This document shows, one piece after another, positions 1 to 8,123 of a stretch of 64,000 bases of DNA; position 1 is the first letter of the stretch, and each line of letters opens with the position of its first letter. This DNA is from an uncultured Acidobacteriota bacterium (GTDB taxonomy: Bacteria > Acidobacteriota > Terriglobia > Terriglobales > Acidobacteriaceae): positions 106,486-170,485 of the forward strand of contig CAWILL010000014.1 in NCBI GenBank assembly GCA_963836945.1, read 5' to 3'. Made by a program: the position numbers and the translations under genes. Under the pieces are notes generated by a model. That model made no database searches. It worked only from the letters and a program-made list of their open reading frames with translations, and had not been told where the DNA came from.

Positions 1-544
1 TGCCGTGGGGCCGACGATTGTTGCCCGCCGCCGAGTTCTACAGGCGATCGGCGGTTTCGCTCGATTGAAAGACTATTTGGCCGAAGATTTCGTGATGGGG
101 CAATTTGCCGCCGGTGCTGGTTACGGCGTGATCTTGTCCTCTTATGTCATTGAACATCACATCGGAAGCGCGACCTTCGGTGAGAATACCGCTCACCGGC
201 TGCGGTGGGCGCGCAGCACGCGTCGCTCTCGTCCCGCGGGATACATCGGACAACTGTTCACCATGCCCTTGCCGCTCGCGCTTATTGCTTGCGCATTCTC
301 GCCGGCGTGGTGGCGGGTTCTGCCGGTCGCTTTGGTGGTGCGCACGGTCGCTGCCTACATGGTTTCGCTGCGTGTACTGCGTGCGAGGCTCAACTGGCCG
401 CTGCTGCCGATCGAAGATCTGATGGGATTTTTCTTCTGGGTTGCAGGATTTTTTGGTAGTACGATTTCCTGGCGTGGGCGTCGTTACCGGCTCTCTGCCG
501 ATGGCCGTTTCGAATTGATCAGTGAACCCGCAGCCAACGGCTGA
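1..544 (+). CDS. Glycosyltransferase family 2/21 (ceramide glucosyltransferase / HpnI-like), C-terminal fragment; the 5' end lies outside the window
   Basis: The frame is open to the window edge. AHRLRWARSTRRSRPAGYIG, followed by a multi-pass hydrophobic tail ending ISWRGRRYRL, parallels QMRWARGVRDARLGGYIG...VTWRGDRFEL of the complete paralog at 547-1713. Confidence 0.7.
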   Translation, partial: AVGPTIVARRRVLQAIGGFARLKDYLAEDFVMGQFAAGAGYGVILSSYVIEHHIGSATFGENTAHRLRWARSTRRSRPAGYIGQLFTMPLPLALIACAFSPAWWRVLPVALVVRTVAAYMVSLRVLRARLNWPLLPIEDLMGFFFWVAGFFGSTISWRGRRYRLSADGRFELISEPAANG

Positions 545-546
545 GG

Positions 547-1713
547 CTACGAAATCCGAATCAGCCGGCCTTTTCTCAATTCGAATCGATCGCCGCGCCA
601 AGTCACGGAGTGACCCCAAAAACTTGCGATCCACACTCCAACCGCGCTGAGATCTCGCAGAGGCAACAGGAACAATTGGCCCGGCAGTTTGCGATCTTTG
701 AGGACCGACTTTCCTACCACGAGCGAGACTAGAATCCGGAGAAGGAGCACTACTCCCAACACCGCCCACGACCAAGCTGCGGCCCGGGATAGGATCAGGG
801 TCAGAAGCGCCCACATCAAGCCGAACGTTGTGGCCAAACCGATATATCCACCGAGCCGCGCGTCGCGCACGCCGCGGGCCCAACGCATCTGATGGGCGAG
901 GAATCCGCCGAGGTCGTACGCGGGGAGATGCGTTTCGACCACCACCTCCGACAGCACGATCCTCAGGCCGAGACCGGCAATCCGGTGTCCGAGTTCGTAG
1001 TCGTCGGCTAAGAATTCGACAATCGATCTGAAGCCCCCGATCTGGTTCAAGTTTCGTCGGCGGAAGGCAAGTGTCGATCCCAAACCAAAGCTAAGGCCGC
1101 CTTCGATCAGCTGCGCGGCCAAAACTCCGGCGTTGAAATCGGTGCTGATGCCGAGCGCCTCCAGCTGCGAACCGAGAGTGGGGGCTGCGACTCCGCGATA
1201 CAGGCACGTCACCATACCAACATTTTCGTCCGCCAGCGGTGCGACCACCCGTTGCAGGTAGTCACGTTCGACTCGAATGTCGCTGTCGTTGACGATGAGG
1301 TATTCGAAACGAGCTGCCTGAACCATTTGCTCAAGATTGCTCACCTTCAGGTTAGGACCGAGGATATTCGGGCAGACGACCAACTGGATCGCACGGTCGG
1401 GAAACTCCCCCTGCAGACGTTCCACACTGGCAACAGCCGGATCGGCGGGATCACTAACGCCAAAAACAATTTCGTATTCGGAATAATCCTGCAGACAGTG
1501 ACTGCGGAAGCTCTCATAGATCTCAGGATCAATTCCCTTGAGCGGCTTCAGGATGGAAACTGGCGGGGCGTAGGTGGGGCGGGTGCGGGTTGACGCTCTG
1601 TTCGCGCGCAGGAAGGCGCCCGCGCCATGCAGACAAACGAGGTAATAAATGCAACTGGAAAGGCAACCGAGAATAGCAACGATCTCGAGGATTCCGATTA
1701 TTTGGTGAAGCAT
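547..1713 (-). CDS. Glycosyltransferase family 2/21 (ceramide glucosyltransferase / hopanoid HpnI-like)
   Basis: 388-aa ORF with an N-terminal TM helix and the motifs PPVSILKPLKG, VNDSDI (DxD-like) and QMRWARG (QxxRW-like), plus a multi-pass C-terminus. Confidence 0.8.
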   Translation of the reverse strand: MLHQIIGILEIVAILGCLSSCIYYLVCLHGAGAFLRANRASTRTRPTYAPPVSILKPLKGIDPEIYESFRSHCLQDYSEYEIVFGVSDPADPAVASVERLQGEFPDRAIQLVVCPNILGPNLKVSNLEQMVQAARFEYLIVNDSDIRVERDYLQRVVAPLADENVGMVTCLYRGVAAPTLGSQLEALGISTDFNAGVLAAQLIEGGLSFGLGSTLAFRRRNLNQIGGFRSIVEFLADDYELGHRIAGLGLRIVLSEVVVETHLPAYDLGGFLAHQMRWARGVRDARLGGYIGLATTFGLMWALLTLILSRAAAWSWAVLGVVLLLRILVSLVVGKSVLKDRKLPGQLFLLPLRDLSAVGVWIASFWGHSVTWRGDRFELRKGRLIRIS

Positions 1714-1727
1714 GCACGAACGCTCGT

Positions 1728-2990
1728 CTATTCGTACCTGAGCGACTCAATCGGATCAAGATTCGCCGCTTTCCATGCCGGATAGATTCCGAACACGAGT
1801 CCCACCCCGGCGGCAGAGGCGAAACCAAACGACACCCAGAACATCGACATGCGTGCGGGGAGCGAAGGCCACACCATTGGTATCACCCATACAACCACGG
1901 CGCCGGCGAGAATGCCGATCACGCCGCCTACCGCGGTCAGCATGATCGCTTCCAGGGTGAACTGAAGAAGGATGTCGTTCTTGCGGGCGCCGATCGCCTT
2001 GCGCACACCGATCTCGCGTGTGCGCTCGGTGACGCTGACCAGCATGATGTTCATCACGCCGACGCCGCCCACCACCAGGCCGACACTGGAAATCGCGAAC
2101 ATGCCGATGAATAGCGCGCCGGTAAGCTGGTTCCACACGTCGGAAATCGAGTCCGAAGTCATTACTGCAAAGTTATCAGGCTTATCGAACGCAACTTTGC
2201 GCCGGCGTCGCAGCAGTTCCCGAATCTCGTCCATCGCTTTCGGCATGTCGTCGTGCGAAGTGGCCTTGAGGCTGATGACGTGCTGCTTCATTTCCGGATG
2301 CAGGGCTTTGAAAGTCTTCAGCGGAAGGATAACGCGATTGTCGTTGGGGTCCTTGCCTCCGCCGAAGACCGACTTGATCTTCGTCACGGTACCGATCACT
2401 TCGAACAGCTGGCCCTCGATGTTGATCTCTTTGCCGAGCGGATCCTGATCCGCAAACAACTCGTGCTGCGTCTCGTAGCAGATGACAACCACCGGCAGGT
2501 GGTGTTCGTCGTCGAAGTCGCTGAACCATCGGCCGCTGGCCATGGGCAAGTCGAAGACGTCCTTAGCCTCCGCCATGTCCCCTTCGAGGATGGTGTTCTT
2601 AACTTTTTTGTCCTGATACTTGACCGCGTAGGTGCCTACTCCAAGTTCGGGGCGGAAGAGGCGCAAACCTGCCGACACTGCTTTGACGTGGGGCAGATCG
2701 CGCATCGCCAGCGCATCGTCATAGGTAAGCTCCTTGCGGGTACGCATTTCATCGGTCATGCGGCCAAAGGTAAAGAAGTCCAAGTGGAACACAAAGATTA
2801 CATTCGAGCCGATGCTGGCCACCAGTTGGCGGACATTTTCGTCGAGGCCGCGTCCGATCGAAGATACGCCGATCACCACCGCAACTCCGATCACGATCCC
2901 GAGTACAGTCAGTCCCGAGCGCAGCTTGTTGCTGCGGATGGTGTCGGTCGCCATGTGGACGATTTCGCCGAATTCGGATTTGCGAATCAT
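1728..2990 (-). CDS. ABC transporter permease, MacB-like (periplasmic domain + FtsX)
   Basis: N-terminal [21 protein letters not shown] segment, a large periplasmic insert, and a C-terminal [14 protein letters not shown]...DPIESLRYE FtsX signature. Confidence 0.85.
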   Translation of the reverse strand: MIRKSEFGEIVHMATDTIRSNKLRSGLTVLGIVIGVAVVIGVSSIGRGLDENVRQLVASIGSNVIFVFHLDFFTFGRMTDEMRTRKELTYDDALAMRDLPHVKAVSAGLRLFRPELGVGTYAVKYQDKKVKNTILEGDMAEAKDVFDLPMASGRWFSDFDDEHHLPVVVICYETQHELFADQDPLGKEINIEGQLFEVIGTVTKIKSVFGGGKDPNDNRVILPLKTFKALHPEMKQHVISLKATSHDDMPKAMDEIRELLRRRRKVAFDKPDNFAVMTSDSISDVWNQLTGALFIGMFAISSVGLVVGGVGVMNIMLVSVTERTREIGVRKAIGARKNDILLQFTLEAIMLTAVGGVIGILAGAVVVWVIPMVWPSLPARMSMFWVSFGFASAAGVGLVFGIYPAWKAANLDPIESLRYE

Positions 2991-3099
2991 GGAGAATTTG
3001 GTGATTGAGTGATTTTGCGATTAAGCGATTGGAAAAACGGCAGAACTGGTTTTGAACCTCAATCTCCCGATGGCTCAATCGCTCAATGACTCAATTCCA

Positions 3100-4329
3100 T
3101 TACATCTCGAATCTTAACGCTACAATCGGATCCAGTCGCGCTGCCTTGCGGGCGGGATAGACTCCGAAAAACACGCCTACACTTGCCGCCACAATCAATC
3201 CGGCCAATACGGCCCAGAGCTTGATCGACGAAGGCATTCCGATGATCGCGGTCACGCCCTCGGCCAGGACTATGCCACCCAGAACCCCGATCGCTCCGCC
3301 CAGCAGCGCGAGCACTACCGACTCGATCAGGAACTGCAGCAGGACATCATCTTGCCGCGCGCCCAGCGCCTTGCGAATGCCGATCTCACGCGTGCGCTCG
3401 GTCACCGAGACCAGCATGATGTTCATGATCACGATGCCGCCAACCACCAGCGAGACACCGGCGATTCCAATGGTCGCCATGAAGAATGTGTTGCTGAGTC
3501 CAGACCAGATTCCCAGGAGACTGGCATTGGTCTCAATCTCAAAGCTGTCTTCCTGGCCGGGACGATCGTGCCGATGCGAGCGTAGCCCTACGCGCGCTTC
3601 GTCGATGGCCTGATTGAGCGGAATGCCCGTCGCCGACGCCTTCCCCCAGATTCCGATACTGTGATTGTGGGCTCCGTACTTCTTCAGGTACACAGTGATG
3701 GGAATCAGAACGTAGTTGTCAGCGCTCTGGCCCAGGGTCTTGCCCTTTTTCTTGCCGACTCCGATGACCTGATAAGTCCAGCCATCGACCCTGATTTCTT
3801 TTCCCAAGGGATCGCCGCCTGCGAGCAGGTGGTCAACAATGTCGGTTCCAACGACGGCGACTTGAATATGGTTGTTGAGATCCGTTTCGCTGATCATGCG
3901 CCCAGAGGTCAGGTCCGTATCGAGGATCGTGGCGATCGAGGGAGTGATGCCCTGGATGTTCGTGTCGTTAATTGATTGCTCGTTGCGCTTCACTTTGCCG
4001 GCGCCCTGCATCAGCGCGCCGACGTACTGGCAGTGCTGGCAGGCGTCAACGACGGCCTGGTAATCCTCCATGTCGAGGTTCTTGCGCTTTTCCGCTTCAA
4101 GGAAATGATCAACGTTCGTTTCCACCGCTGACATTTTCGCGACGATGAACACATCTGCGCCGAGATTGAATATCTTTTTGGCAACGTAGTCGTTGATTCC
4201 GGAGACGAAGGTCACGACCGCGATGACTGCGCCGACACCGATCATGACACCGAGCAGCGTCAGGACGGAGCGCAGCTTATTCGCCCACAGCGATTGCAAG
4301 GCCACGCGGATGGCTTCAATGTAATTCAT
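3100..4329 (-). CDS. ABC transporter permease, MacB-like (periplasmic domain + FtsX)
   Basis: The 564-aa track ORF was trimmed to MNYIEAIRVALQSLWANKLRS (ATG at 4329). The rest of the track ORF is antisense read-through into rnpB. C-terminal ERTREIGIRKALGA...DPIVALRFE. Confidence 0.85.
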   Translation of the reverse strand: MNYIEAIRVALQSLWANKLRSVLTLLGVMIGVGAVIAVVTFVSGINDYVAKKIFNLGADVFIVAKMSAVETNVDHFLEAEKRKNLDMEDYQAVVDACQHCQYVGALMQGAGKVKRNEQSINDTNIQGITPSIATILDTDLTSGRMISETDLNNHIQVAVVGTDIVDHLLAGGDPLGKEIRVDGWTYQVIGVGKKKGKTLGQSADNYVLIPITVYLKKYGAHNHSIGIWGKASATGIPLNQAIDEARVGLRSHRHDRPGQEDSFEIETNASLLGIWSGLSNTFFMATIGIAGVSLVVGGIVIMNIMLVSVTERTREIGIRKALGARQDDVLLQFLIESVVLALLGGAIGVLGGIVLAEGVTAIIGMPSSIKLWAVLAGLIVAASVGVFFGVYPARKAARLDPIVALRFEM

Positions 4330-4482
4330 GGAACAGGTTTTGGGCCTTAGGTGCTGGGTCTTAGGTCTGGCTGACTTGGCGTCACGTCGCCCCGAAATAA
4401 GTCTAACAGCCCCCAGATCATAAGAGGCCAAAAAGTCGCTATGACAATTGTGCTCGCCCGCCGGGGTCGTGCGCGTAAGACC

Positions 4483-4511
4483 CAGGACCCCAGCACCGCA
4501 TCGCTTATAAT
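4483..4511 (+). promoter_or_regulatory. Putative sigma-70 promoter of rnpB
   Basis: Perfect TATAAT at 4506-4511, 7-9 nt before the first base of the rnpB P1 helix. Only a weak -35 (AGGACC) lies about 17 nt upstream. Confidence 0.4.
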
Positions 4512-4518
4512 CATTTTG

Positions 4519-4925
4519 TAGGCAGCCGGACCGGACGGCCGCTTCCCGCGTCTTCGGACGCGAGGAGAGGAAAGTCCGAACTCCGCAGAGCAGTGTGCCG
4601 GATAACGTCCGGGACGTCAGGTTCAAGCCTGATGGACGGAAAGTGCCACAGAAAATATACCGCCCCGGAAACGGGGTAAGGGTGAAAAGGTGCGGTAAGA
4701 GCGCACCGCCGCGGCAGTAATGTCGCGGGCAGGGCAAACCCCACACGGAGCAAGACCAAATAGGAAGGAAGCCCGCGGCTTTGGCCGCGAGCACGTGCCG
4801 GCTCGGTGCGTCAAACCTTCGGGTAGGTCGCTAGAGCCGGGCAGCAATGCACGGCCCAGAGGAATGGTCGTCCCGCGGCAGCAATGTTGCGGACAAAATT
4901 CGGCTTACAGGTTCGGCTGCCTTAA
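4519..4925 (+). ncRNA. rnpB: RNase P RNA, bacterial type A
   Basis: Carries GAGGAAAGUCCG (P4 5' strand), ACAGAAAAUAUACCGCC, GGUAAGGGUGAAAAGGUGCGGUAAGAGCGCACC and GGACAAAAUUCGGCUUACAG (P4 3' strand). The termini pair as P1 (GGCAGCCG... / ...CGGCUGCC). Length is about 405 nt. Confidence 0.9.
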
Positions 4926-5017
4926 CTGCTTTCTGCTTCCACGCACATCGCGAGTGTGAACGCCCGTGTACGTATCGACGTCACCAAATGCCAACGCGAT
5001 CTTCAGGCTTTAGATAC

Positions 5018-5560
5018 AATTTGTCGCCGGGAAGAGGAACCACCCTAAATATCGCTTACGCAGGAACGCAATCCCGTCATCTCGTGACTTCACGGGATCT
5101 CAACGCAATTCCCTACGGTTACGCGTTCACTGCGGCAGCCCAGGATCCCAATGCTTGCGGTTGGAACGGCACTGTAGGCACCGATCCTTATCTGGCGGGT
5201 TCGCCATATCAGGCTGCCGGGTACAGCTTCACAGGAATCTGCGTCTGGGACGCAACTCCTATACCGATGCTCCCCTGGTGCCGTTCAAGGGCTATGGGCA
5301 AATGTCGTATATGAAGGTCGATGGGACAGCCAACTACAACTCGCTGCAGACTCCGTTGCAACGCCGCTTAACTAAGCGCCTGACGTTGGGAGCTGTGTAC
5401 ACCTGGTCACACTCGCAACCACAGCGAACGCGGATCAAGACACGCAGGATCCGTTTAATCCACCTCCTCGACTACCCGTCTGCGAGTTGGCATCTTCGGC
5501 ACGTCTGCGGTAGAAACCTTTCCATGGAAACAGTAGCGAACAAATCAACTCCCATCTCTT
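5018..5560 (+). pseudogene. Internal fragment of a CarboxypepD_reg-type TonB-dependent receptor, multiply frameshifted
   Basis: Three frames in succession give TLNIAYAGTQSRHLVTSRDLNAIPYG, then PLVPFKGYGQMSYMKVDGTANYNSLQTPLQRRLTKRLTLGAVYTWSHS, then LDYPSASWHLRHV. These mirror ELRYVGSRTL...EGYSNYNAMQVDFRQRQWHGMQFDANYTWSHT...YGPALFDLKHV of the intact receptor at 27936-31937. The N-terminal ~900 aa and the C-terminal barrel end are missing. Confidence 0.55.
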
Positions 5561-5597
5561 TCGAATTGCGTGTGTGCAACTTCAAACGAGCCCAACC

Positions 5598-8090
5598 ATG
5601 ACGAAAAAGCTGCGAATCGCAGTTCTGCTCTTATTAGTGAACCGCTGTCTGGCGCAGTCCGCGCCGCAGAAGCCAGATGTGGAAAGCCGTGTCAACTCGA
5701 TCCTCGAAAAGATGACGGTCGAGGAAAAGATCGAGATGCTTGGCGGAGTCAATGACCTCTATACACGTCCCATTCCTCGACTTGGAATTCCCGCGCTGAA
5801 AATGTCGGATGGGCCCATGGGAGTTCACGACTATGGACTTACCACGGCGTACCCTGCCGACATCGCATTAGCGGCGTCCTGGGACGTCGACCTTGCCCAC
5901 CGATTCGGCGTAGCCATGGGCAACGATGCGCGAGCGCGTGGGGTTCACGTCATACTTGCTCCCGGCATGAACATCTATCGCGCGCCCATGAACGGACGTA
6001 ACTTCGAATACTCCGGAGAAGATCCCTTCCTGGCGTCGCGCATGGCAGTCAACGAGATCGAAGGAATGCAGGAGCAGGGGGTCATAGCGACGGCCAAACA
6101 TTTTGCCGGGAATAACTCCGAGTTCGCGCGCATGACGCTGAGTTCCGACATCGACGAACGGACGTTGCGCGAAATCTATCTGCCCGCGTTTGAGGCGTCC
6201 GTGAAGGAAGCGAAAGTTGGCGCCGTCATGGACGCATACAACCTGGTCAATGGCGTTTACATGACCGCAAACAGCCATCTGAACAATGAAATCCTCAAGA
6301 AGGAGTGGGGATTCGACGGCATCGTTATGTCTGATTGGGGCGGCACTCACAATGGCGTAGCTGCGGCGAATGGTGGCCTGGATCTGGAGATGCCGTCTCC
6401 GTCGTTCATGAATCGCGAAGCGCTGCTGCCCGCGCTGAAAGACGGCAGGATTTCCATCGAGACGATTGACGACAAGGTGCGACGGATTCTGCGAAAGGCC
6501 ATCGAGTTCGGATTCTTTGATCGGCAGCAGGTTGATACCAACATTCCCTTCTACAGTCAGGAGGGCCGCCAAGTCGCACTAGAGGAGGCTCGGGGCGGCA
6601 TGGTCCTGTTAAAGAACGGCGGCAATCTGCTGCCGCTCGACGAGACCAAACTGAAAACGATCGCTGTGATCGGGCCTGATGCTTATCCTGCCGTCATTTC
6701 TGGAGGAGGCAGCGCGGAAGCCAAGCCATTCAGCGCCGTCAGCTATCTAGAAGGGATCAGCGACCGCCTCGGAACGAAGGTCAGAGTCTTGTATGACGTT
6801 GACGTTCCCGTTCTCGACCCGCTGTTTGAGAATTCCGAATTCGTGACTGCGCCTGGAGGCGAAAGCGGCTTGAAGGGAGAATATTTCGACAATGAAGATT
6901 TGAAGGGTTCGCCGGTTCTCGTTCGCACGGACCGTCACGTGCACTTCGATTGGGGAGAGGGCAGCTTTGCCCCGGGCCAGCCGGTGGATCACTTCGCCAT
7001 CCGCTGGACGGGCTATTTCATTCCAAAGGAGTCTGGCGATTACCAGTTCTTTACCTCCGCGGATGACGGAGTTCGGCTGTATATCGATGATGAAAGAACG
7101 ATCGACGACTGGCTGCCACATTCCCAGACACTGGATACGTGCAGCAAGCATCTCGAAGGCGGGAAAGCCTATAAGATTCGTCTCGAGTATTTCGACTCAG
7201 TAAGCACTGCCATCGTCGGTTTCGGCGTCACTCGAGCGGATTCATACGTGGGCAATAAAACCAAGGCGCTCGCGGCCAAGGCAGATGCAGTCATCATTTG
7301 CGTAGGGTTCGACGACAAGACTGAAGGAGAAGGTTTCGATCGGCGGTTTCAACTTCCCGGAGGACAGGATGAACTGATCCGCCAGATCAGCGCGGTCAAT
7401 AAAAACACAATCGTCGTGATTACTGCCGGGGGTGACGTCGACATGACGCAATGGATCGACAAGGTTCCGGCGCTACTCGACGCCTGGTATCCAGGACAGG
7501 AGGGCGGCACCGCGCTGGCGCAAATTCTTTTTGGCGACTACAGCCCTTCGGGCAAGCTTCCGGCATCATTTGAACGCCGGTGGGAGGATAATCCTGCCTT
7601 CCACAGCTACTATCCCGCAAAAGGCGAGTCACGAGTTCAATATTCCGAGGGCGTGTTCGTCGGATACCGCCACTACGATAAGTCAGAGACGAAACCACTC
7701 TTTTCCTTTGGATTTGGCCTGTCCTACACGACCTTCGGGTATAGCAATCTTTCAGTGACTCCTGCTTCCGGCAACCTCGATCAACCAGTGATAGTCTCAT
7801 TCGAAGTGAAGAACGTTGGCCGCCGGGAAGGAGCGGAAGTGGCGGAATTGTACGTCGGCGATCCGCATGCGAGCATTCCCCGCCCCGTCAAAGAGCTAGA
7901 AGGTTTTGCGAAAGTAAGCCTGAAGCCGGGAGAGAGCACGCGAGTGAGGATCAATCTAGATCGGCGGGCATTTTCCTTCTACGACATCGGGAAGAAAGAT
8001 TGGAATGCAGAACCGGGGTTGTTCAATATCCTGATCGGAGGTTCCTCCGACAAGATTCAACTGCGTGGCACATTTACTCTAACGCGTTGA
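5598..8090 (+). CDS. Glycoside hydrolase family 3 beta-glucosidase-like enzyme with inserted PA14 domain
   Basis: Start set at MTKKLRIAVLLLLVNRCLAQ (signal peptide). GH3 motifs KMSDGPMGV, KHFAGNN and the nucleophile region GFDGIVMSDWGG. PA14-like GLKGEYFDNEDLKGSPVL...FAIRWTGYF. Confidence 0.9.
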   Translation: MTKKLRIAVLLLLVNRCLAQSAPQKPDVESRVNSILEKMTVEEKIEMLGGVNDLYTRPIPRLGIPALKMSDGPMGVHDYGLTTAYPADIALAASWDVDLAHRFGVAMGNDARARGVHVILAPGMNIYRAPMNGRNFEYSGEDPFLASRMAVNEIEGMQEQGVIATAKHFAGNNSEFARMTLSSDIDERTLREIYLPAFEASVKEAKVGAVMDAYNLVNGVYMTANSHLNNEILKKEWGFDGIVMSDWGGTHNGVAAANGGLDLEMPSPSFMNREALLPALKDGRISIETIDDKVRRILRKAIEFGFFDRQQVDTNIPFYSQEGRQVALEEARGGMVLLKNGGNLLPLDETKLKTIAVIGPDAYPAVISGGGSAEAKPFSAVSYLEGISDRLGTKVRVLYDVDVPVLDPLFENSEFVTAPGGESGLKGEYFDNEDLKGSPVLVRTDRHVHFDWGEGSFAPGQPVDHFAIRWTGYFIPKESGDYQFFTSADDGVRLYIDDERTIDDWLPHSQTLDTCSKHLEGGKAYKIRLEYFDSVSTAIVGFGVTRADSYVGNKTKALAAKADAVIICVGFDDKTEGEGFDRRFQLPGGQDELIRQISAVNKNTIVVITAGGDVDMTQWIDKVPALLDAWYPGQEGGTALAQILFGDYSPSGKLPASFERRWEDNPAFHSYYPAKGESRVQYSEGVFVGYRHYDKSETKPLFSFGFGLSYTTFGYSNLSVTPASGNLDQPVIVSFEVKNVGRREGAEVAELYVGDPHASIPRPVKELEGFAKVSLKPGESTRVRINLDRRAFSFYDIGKKDWNAEPGLFNILIGGSSDKIQLRGTFTLTR

Positions 8091-8123
8091 TCTGCCCCGC
8101 GGCCACAATCGTGCCTTACGCGC

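Noticed and set aside
2991-3099. AT-rich spacer with repeated AATCGCTCAAT / GATTGAGTGATT-type words between the two MacB-like permease genes
   Set aside because: These are short, degenerate direct and inverted words. I could not define a consistent unit or a hairpin, so they are probably low-complexity spacer or promoter DNA.
4511-4959. Three overlapping ORFs (4511..4759-, 4623..4847-, 4720..4959+), plus the 5' 155 codons of the 564-aa permease ORF
   Set aside because: They all lie on the RNase P RNA gene. The conserved rnpB helices explain the sequence, and the permease has a proper start at 4329.
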